Source: an uncultured Nitrospiraceae bacterium
GTDB taxonomy: Bacteria; Nitrospirota; Nitrospiria; Nitrospirales; Nitrospiraceae
NCBI GenBank assembly: GCA_963846575.1
Contig: CAWJWJ010000002.1
Coordinates: 2,496,001-2,560,000 of the forward strand
Reading direction: 5' to 3'
DNA: 64,000 nucleotides
The translations under genes were made by a program, and so were the position numbers. Positions 58,617 to 64,000 of the stretch are shown here, in pieces; positions within the stretch are counted from its first letter, which is position 1, and each line of letters starts with the position of its first letter. The notes below the pieces were generated by a model. It ran no database searches, was not told the origin of the DNA, and saw only the letters and a program-made list of their open reading frames with translations.

Positions 58617-58692
58617 TGGTAGGCGGAACAGGGATCGAACCTGTGACCTCTGCCTTGTAAGGGCAGCGCTCTCCCAATTGAGCTATCCGCCC
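58617..58692 (-). tRNA. tRNA-Val(TAC)
   Basis: GGGCGGATAGCTCA...CTGCC-CTTACAA-GGCAG...GGTTCGATCC...CCGCCT-A-CCA, 76 nt. Confidence 0.97.
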
Positions 58693-58721
58693 GATTTTCT
58701 AGTTCTCGGCAGATCTGCGGG

Positions 58722-58750
58722 ATGCTATCAACTCCACAAACTACTGTCAA
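58722..58750 (-). promoter_or_regulatory. sigma70 promoter of the tRNA pair
   Basis: TTGACA-N17-TAGCAT with TG extension. Confidence 0.65.
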
Positions 58751-58812
58751 CACAGAATCGCCTTGGACACTATGCGCTTCCAGAGGCGGAGAGGCGAGCC
58801 ATGGGTCGAACC

Positions 58813-59763
58813 TCATCGACGGGACTTGTTGCGGGGAAAACACACACTATGGACTTTTTTCAACTGCGAAGAGTCGACATGCGTATAAATCTGAGTCGTT
58901 GAAATATCCGCATGCCCCAGCATCGCCTGCACCGATCGCAAATCCGCGCCATGCTGCAAGAGATGCGTGGCAAACGAATGGCGCAGGGTGTGGGGTGATG
59001 GGAGCCTGGCGATGCCTGCCCGCTGCGCCCGTGCGCGAAGGAGCTTCCAGAATCCCTGCCGGGTGAGCGGCCTGCCCCGCCGGGTGACAAACACGTACGA
59101 TGACAACCGCTGTTTCAATAACAACGGCCGCGCGGCGAGGATATAGTCTTGCAACAACCTGACTGCCGGGCGTCCGATCGGAACGACCCGCTGTTTATCC
59201 CCCTTGCCCGTGATCCCGAGGTATCCCACTTCCATGTTGCATTGATCAATTCGAAGCGAGATCAGTTCCGAGACCCGCAAGCCAGCTGCATATAGTACCT
59301 CCACCATCGCGCGGTCACGACGATCTTCCGGCACCGGGCGAAGTGGAACGTCCAAGAGGTGCGTCACTTCCTCCTGACTCAGCGTTTTGGGAAGCCGCCT
59401 TGATCGAATGGTGCTGCGCAGACTCACTGTCGGGTTCGCCACGACCTTGCCCTCTTCTAACAAGAAGCGGAAGAGGCTGCGAATAGCGGCCAGCGATCGG
59501 GCGCGAGACGACGGCGCCAACCCGGATCGATACAGCTCTTCCAGAAATCCTGACAGCAGAGGTGGCGTCACCTCGTCCGCATTCCGCAGGCCTTGATCGC
59601 GGAGATACCGCTGAAAACAGCCGATATCGCGCCGATACGCCAGTACGGTGTTGAGCGACAAGCCGCGCGCAATCCGCAAATGGTCCCAGTACCGTTCGAT
59701 GAACGGTTCTAACGGAAGCCCGGGCGGACGGCGCGGCGCAGATTCTCTCGGCTCACGTTGCAT
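58813..59763 (-). CDS. xerD: Site-specific tyrosine recombinase XerD
   Basis: GLSLNTVLAYRRD, RRLPKTLS, GLRVSEL, GKGDKQR, LTRQGFW, HTLRHSFATHLL, LGHADISTTQIYTHV. Confidence 0.92.
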   Translation of the reverse strand: MQREPRESAPRRPPGLPLEPFIERYWDHLRIARGLSLNTVLAYRRDIGCFQRYLRDQGLRNADEVTPPLLSGFLEELYRSGLAPSSRARSLAAIRSLFRFLLEEGKVVANPTVSLRSTIRSRRLPKTLSQEEVTHLLDVPLRPVPEDRRDRAMVEVLYAAGLRVSELISLRIDQCNMEVGYLGITGKGDKQRVVPIGRPAVRLLQDYILAARPLLLKQRLSSYVFVTRRGRPLTRQGFWKLLRARAQRAGIARLPSPHTLRHSFATHLLQHGADLRSVQAMLGHADISTTQIYTHVDSSQLKKVHSVCFPRNKSRR

Positions 59764-59853
59764 CGAACATCCCCGCATGCAGCGAAGGGCGTCAGGCGGA
59801 GGCGACTATAACCAAGCCGTCGCATGAACACAACGCATTCACGGCGACTTGCC

Positions 59854-59882
59854 TTGACACCCCTGACCCTGTTTCCTATAGT
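59854..59882 (+). promoter_or_regulatory. sigma70 promoter of the lpoA-like/trpS unit
   Basis: TTGACA-N17-TATAGT. Confidence 0.75.
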
Positions 59883-59924
59883 AGCTCCCATTGCGGCGAG
59901 ACTGTCCGCCATGCTCAGGAGTCA

Positions 59925-61919
59925 ATGGTTTTTCGATCAGCATCCCGCGCCTCGCAGCTCCGTGCGTGCGGCGTCGCCCTTGCGGTGGCGCTCCTCACGG
60001 GCCTTGCCACATCCGGCGAAGCAGCGCCTCCACAGAAATCCGCACCGGCAGCTCGCCCGCAAGATTCCAGGTCGCCGACGGGCCCCGGTCAATCCACCTT
60101 AGAACAAGCCAAACGCCTGATCGATTCCGAACAACCCGAGGCCGCAGCGGTCATGTTGCGGCGGTTCATTGAGAGCGGTCCCCCGCCCGAACTCCTTGAT
60201 GACGCCTATCTGCTGATGGCCGCCTCCATGTTCGGCATGAAGGAACAGGCGGAAACGATTCGCTACATCACCCAACTGCTCGGTGAATTCCCCACGTCGG
60301 AACTGGTCGACCGGGCAAAACTGCTCCTCGCCAGAACCCATGCCCGTGCCGGCAACCTCGATCTGGCTTTGCCGCTCCTGTCAGAAATCCGCAGCCTCAC
60401 CACCGATCCCAACACGAAACGGGAGGCTTTGCGACTGACGGGCGAATTTCAGGCCCAAAAAAAGGATTACCTTCGCGCGATCCAAGCCTGGCTCGACGAG
60501 ATCCCGCTGGATACCGGGGAGCAGGCACGCGAGACCGAGGGACAAATTCGAGAACTGCTCAACGAAAAGCTCGACGTATCGGCGCTGACGCGGGTTCGTG
60601 AGGCCTACCCGAAGGTGTTCCCGGGGGATCTGGCGTCCATCAGGCTCATCGAACTCCATACGGCAGCCGGGGAGGACCATCTGGTCGAGCGGGATCTTCG
60701 CTTGTTCTTGGCGCGCTTTCCTTATCACTCGTTCACAGCGAAGGCCGCGGAGTTGCAGACGATCCTGCGCACAAAATTCAAATCCTACCCCTATTCCATC
60801 GCAGCCATCTTTCCCATGTCAGGCAAGATGGCGCCATTTGGCACCGAGGTGCTGAATGGCATTCAGCTCGCCTTGGAGCGCCCGAAAGCCGGGGGAGAAG
60901 CGCCATCGGTCGGTCTCATCGTTAAGGATACGGAATCGGAACGTGCGGCCTTTCTGGAAGAGCTCTCCAATGTGCTGACTGACGATCGGCCGCTTGCCGT
61001 CATCGGCCCGCTCCTTTCGAAGAATCTCCCGGTCATGGCGGAGCTGGCGGACCGGGCGCACATTCCACTCATTACTCCCAGCGCGACCATGCCGAACCCG
61101 AGACGGCTCGGGAATTATGTCTTTAGCACGGCGCTCACCTACGGGCATCAGGCCAAACGGATGGCGGACTATGCCATCCGCGACCAGCATTACCAACGCG
61201 TGGCGATTCTCTACCCGGACACAGCCTACGGGCGTGAACTGACGCGCCTCTTCTCGCAAGAGATCCGGCAACAGGACGGTGAAATCATCGCCGCCGAAGC
61301 CTATAAGGAAGGAGACACGGATTTCCGCGCAGCGATCGCCAGACTCAAAGCGGAAGATTTGAAAAAATACGGTCTCGAAGTACCGGTTGAGAGTAATGCG
61401 GCAAAGCCTGCCTCGAAGGGCGGCAAGAAGACGAAGCGCATCCTCTATTCACCCGGCTTCGATGCAGTTTTTATTCCGGGGCGCTCGCTTGATGTGGGCC
61501 TATTGGCGGCCCAGCTGGCCTTCCACGATATCAGCGTACCGCTGTTAGGCACCAACGGATGGAATACGCCCGACTTCGCGCGCGTGGCCGACCGCAGCAT
61601 CGAAGGGAGTGTGTTTGTCGACGGGTTTTTTGCGGACAGCCCCGGTCCCGTCGTGCAGGAATTCGTGGAGCGATACCGCAAACGGTTCCAAGCCACGCCC
61701 TCTTTGTTCGCCGCTCAAGGATACGATGCCGCGCGGTTAGCCGTGGAAGCGATCAAGCACGGCGCAACGACCGGCGAAGCCATCCGCGACTATTTGTTGA
61801 TGCAGCATGATCTCCCGGCCTTGAGCGGCCCCAGCGGGTTCAGCCCCGACGGGACGCTCAACCGTCGTGTGTTTCTCATTCAGGTCAAGCAGGGCAAATT
61901 CGTGCCGCTAGACCAATAG
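59925..61919 (+). CDS. LpoA/LppC-like protein (TPR N-domain + type-1 periplasmic binding fold)
   Basis: Signal peptide; TPR-like helices; PMSGK...GIQLA, VIGPLLS, LLGTNGWN, AQGYDAA. Confidence 0.75.
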   Translation: MVFRSASRASQLRACGVALAVALLTGLATSGEAAPPQKSAPAARPQDSRSPTGPGQSTLEQAKRLIDSEQPEAAAVMLRRFIESGPPPELLDDAYLLMAASMFGMKEQAETIRYITQLLGEFPTSELVDRAKLLLARTHARAGNLDLALPLLSEIRSLTTDPNTKREALRLTGEFQAQKKDYLRAIQAWLDEIPLDTGEQARETEGQIRELLNEKLDVSALTRVREAYPKVFPGDLASIRLIELHTAAGEDHLVERDLRLFLARFPYHSFTAKAAELQTILRTKFKSYPYSIAAIFPMSGKMAPFGTEVLNGIQLALERPKAGGEAPSVGLIVKDTESERAAFLEELSNVLTDDRPLAVIGPLLSKNLPVMAELADRAHIPLITPSATMPNPRRLGNYVFSTALTYGHQAKRMADYAIRDQHYQRVAILYPDTAYGRELTRLFSQEIRQQDGEIIAAEAYKEGDTDFRAAIARLKAEDLKKYGLEVPVESNAAKPASKGGKKTKRILYSPGFDAVFIPGRSLDVGLLAAQLAFHDISVPLLGTNGWNTPDFARVADRSIEGSVFVDGFFADSPGPVVQEFVERYRKRFQATPSLFAAQGYDAARLAVEAIKHGATTGEAIRDYLLMQHDLPALSGPSGFSPDGTLNRRVFLIQVKQGKFVPLDQ

Positions 61920-62012
61920 GTCGCGCGACCACGCCGTGACGCCGCCACCCCCACGGATGATGGCTTGCGGCAGGCCACCGGATGGCCACCTTCAGAAAAC
62001 AGGAGTGATCGA

Positions 62013-63002
62013 ATGACGACGGGTCGAAAACGGGTGCTCAGCGGAATGCAGCCCAGCGGACTGCTCCATCTTGGAAACTGGCTGGGCGCACTGGAGAACT
62101 GGAATCTGCTGCAGGAGCAATACGATTGTTTCTTCTTCGTGGCGGATTGGCATGCGTTGTCCACCAATTACGCCGACACCAGCCGCATCCGGGAATATGT
62201 GCGGGAATTACTCATCGATTGGCTGGCAGCGGGGATCGACCCGAAACGCGCCACGGTGTTCGTCCAGTCACAGGTACCGGAACATGCCATTCTCCATCTC
62301 CTGTTCTCCATGATCATTCCTGTCTCGTGGCTCGAACGCAATCCGACCTATAAGGAAAAGCAGGAGGAAATCAAGGAACGCGATCTGAGCACCTACGGCT
62401 TCCTCGGCTACCCGGTCCTGCAAGCCGCGGACATTCTCCTGTACAAACCTGATCTCGTGCCGGTCGGCAAAGACCAACTACCGCATCTGGAACTCACCCG
62501 GGAACTCGCGCGCCGCTTCAACAATCTCTATCGGCCGGTGTTCCCCGATCCGCAGGAGCACCTCACCAAGTTTCCGAAAGTCCTGGGTACCGACGGACGC
62601 AAGATGAGCAAAAGTTACGGCAACGCGATCAACCTGTCCGACGCGGAGCCCGTGGTCCGGCAGAAACTCAAGACCATGATCACCGATCCGGCCCGCGTCC
62701 GCCGCACCGATCCGGGCAATCCAGACGTGTGTCCTGTCTACGACTTTCACAAGATTTTTTCACCGCTGCCGGTCATCGAGCAGGTCAATCGAGAGTGCCG
62801 CACGGCGGCCATCGGCTGTATCGATTGCAAAAAGCTGGTGGCCGATCGCCTCGTGGAACGCCTCGCCCCGATCTGGGAGGCTCGCGCCTCCCTCACCCGG
62901 AATCCCTCCCACCTAAACGACATCCTCGAAGACGGACGGTGCCGAGCCAGCGCCGTCGCAACCGGGACCATGGACGAAGTCCGCGACGCGATGAAGATTT
63001 AG
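62013..63002 (+). CDS. trpS: Tryptophan--tRNA ligase
   Basis: SGMQPSGLLHLGN (HIGH), YPVLQAADIL, VPVGKDQ, KMSKS; AGGAG RBS. Confidence 0.97.
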   Translation: MTTGRKRVLSGMQPSGLLHLGNWLGALENWNLLQEQYDCFFFVADWHALSTNYADTSRIREYVRELLIDWLAAGIDPKRATVFVQSQVPEHAILHLLFSMIIPVSWLERNPTYKEKQEEIKERDLSTYGFLGYPVLQAADILLYKPDLVPVGKDQLPHLELTRELARRFNNLYRPVFPDPQEHLTKFPKVLGTDGRKMSKSYGNAINLSDAEPVVRQKLKTMITDPARVRRTDPGNPDVCPVYDFHKIFSPLPVIEQVNRECRTAAIGCIDCKKLVADRLVERLAPIWEARASLTRNPSHLNDILEDGRCRASAVATGTMDEVRDAMKI

Positions 63003-63049
63003 ATGGTCGCGCAAGGAACGCGGCCGACGAGGCCGGAGTCGATGAGAAT

Positions 63050-63373
63050 TCAGACAGGCATCGCAAGTATGCGCCACACGTCGGTCAGTTGGCGCTGCAC
63101 CGAACCACGGATCTTCGTGAAGGAGAGCCCGAAGGCATTCGGCTGACACCAGCGCACGATCGCGCCGTCGATCAAAATGGGATGCGCGTCATCACCGGGA
63201 AAGATGCAGAGTTCCACCTCAGTTCCTGGCAGGACCGACACGGTGCTGAGAATACGGCAGCCGCCAGGGGACAGGTCGCTCAGGTCGCCGTCACCAGCCA
63301 GCATCTTACCCTTCATGGAGAAATGACTGCGGAATTGAACCCGAACCCGCTCATGTTTGCGTTTGTTGTGCAT
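63050..63373 (-). CDS. Stand-alone PilZ-domain c-di-GMP receptor
   Basis: RKHER (RxxxR) and DLSPGG (DxSxxG). Confidence 0.9.
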   Translation of the reverse strand: MHNKRKHERVRVQFRSHFSMKGKMLAGDGDLSDLSPGGCRILSTVSVLPGTEVELCIFPGDDAHPILIDGAIVRWCQPNAFGLSFTKIRGSVQRQLTDVWRILAMPV

Positions 63374-63527
63374 GACCAGCGCCGCCCGCCCGTTTCATCC
63401 TGAGATCCCTAAGTACCGCACCTTCTGTACGATAGGTCAGAACGGCACGAAACGCCAGTCTTGCGCTGATTCCTGTCAGCATGGGCGTGGGGCCGTTCCT
63501 GGGCAGGAGCCAGTACGGCCAGTATCA

Positions 63528-64000
63528 CTACAGAATCTGCGGTTTCGACTCAGGTATCGACCGGCCGGCGGCATCCAGGACCGCCCGATCCACCAGAATC
63601 GGAGCCTTGAAGTGTATCGCCAACGCGATGGAATCCGAGGACCGGCTGTCGAAGACCTTTTCCTGCCCCTGAAAGGCCACCGTCAAACTTCCATAATACG
63701 TGCCAGCCTTGAGCGTAATGACCGTCTGCACCACCCGACCGCCCAACGCCTCAATGATGGTGTGCATCAAATCGTGAGAGAGCGGTCGCGGCAATTGCTC
63801 ACCGGTCAACGCGCCTTGTATCGAGCCGGCCACCGTGTGGTCGACGAAGATGGGAATCGTCTTGCCTTCGGCAGAGAGCAGCACCACCGGCCCATGGTCG
63901 GAAAGCCGAACGCGCACTTCTCCCACGGTCACCAGGGAGGGATCCCCGACCACTTCGGCTAGGGCGGTCGGGACCGCTGCCCATGGCACCAACAGCAATG
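63528..64000 (-). CDS. DUF151 bifunctional nuclease family protein, 5' end probably beyond window
   Basis: IPIFV, PRPLSHDLM, GTYYG, DSRSSDSIALA...API. Confidence 0.85.
   Translation of the reverse strand, partial: LLLVPWAAVPTALAEVVGDPSLVTVGEVRVRLSDHGPVVLLSAEGKTIPIFVDHTVAGSIQGALTGEQLPRPLSHDLMHTIIEALGGRVVQTVITLKAGTYYGSLTVAFQGQEKVFDSRSSDSIALAIHFKAPILVDRAVLDAAGRSIPESKPQIL

Noticed and set aside
58404..59763. Tyrosine recombinase beside tRNAs as an integrative element
   Set aside because: The protein has XerD hallmarks (LTRQGFW, ISTTQIYTHV), the flanks are housekeeping genes, and I saw no duplicated tRNA 3' end or cargo
1..64000. CRISPR arrays, IS elements, prophage, rRNA
   Set aside because: No spaced direct repeats, transposase, phage structural genes or rRNA-like sequence seen by eye

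Overview
A gene-dense, GC-rich bacterial chromosomal segment. Its gene content points to a Nitrospira-like (Nitrospirota) genome; this is inference from the CydA-like oxidase without CydB, the giant multicopper oxidase, the small CxxC Zn-ribbon protein and the RRM protein. (1) 1-16.6 kb is a co-oriented minus-strand redox cluster: a ~1620-aa MnxG-like multicopper oxidase split by a 1-nt frameshift, three paralogous exported cupredoxin-like (CxxHxxM) proteins, a HEAT protein, an O-methyltransferase, DUF420, a tandem PCP_red protein, a bd-like oxidase subunit and DUF3047. (2) 17-27 kb is a mixed region: KimA-like APC permease, PKD protein, an orphan aKG-HExxH-type enzyme, a Zn-ribbon gene with a sigma54-type promoter, RqcH/NFACT, TPR and RRM proteins. 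(3) 27.5-36.4 kb runs degP/Q-tatC-mrp-moeA-mobB-hexaheme cytochrome-ABC transporter-2OG oxygenase. (4) 37.5-44.5 kb holds a GT2 / GT-C-like / carbamoyltransferase module, a pseudo-caspase lipoprotein and a cytochrome c. (5) 44.7-64 kb is housekeeping: rodZ, pilF-like, PfkB kinase, mtnP, miaA, mutL, tol-pal with two cpoB paralogs, tRNA-Asp, tRNA-Val, xerD, LpoA-like, trpS, PilZ and DUF151. I saw no CRISPR array, IS element or prophage. The best candidate for an undescribed system is the multicopper oxidase + cupredoxin-like + bd-like oxidase cluster. All calls come from reading motifs by eye; no database searches were run.
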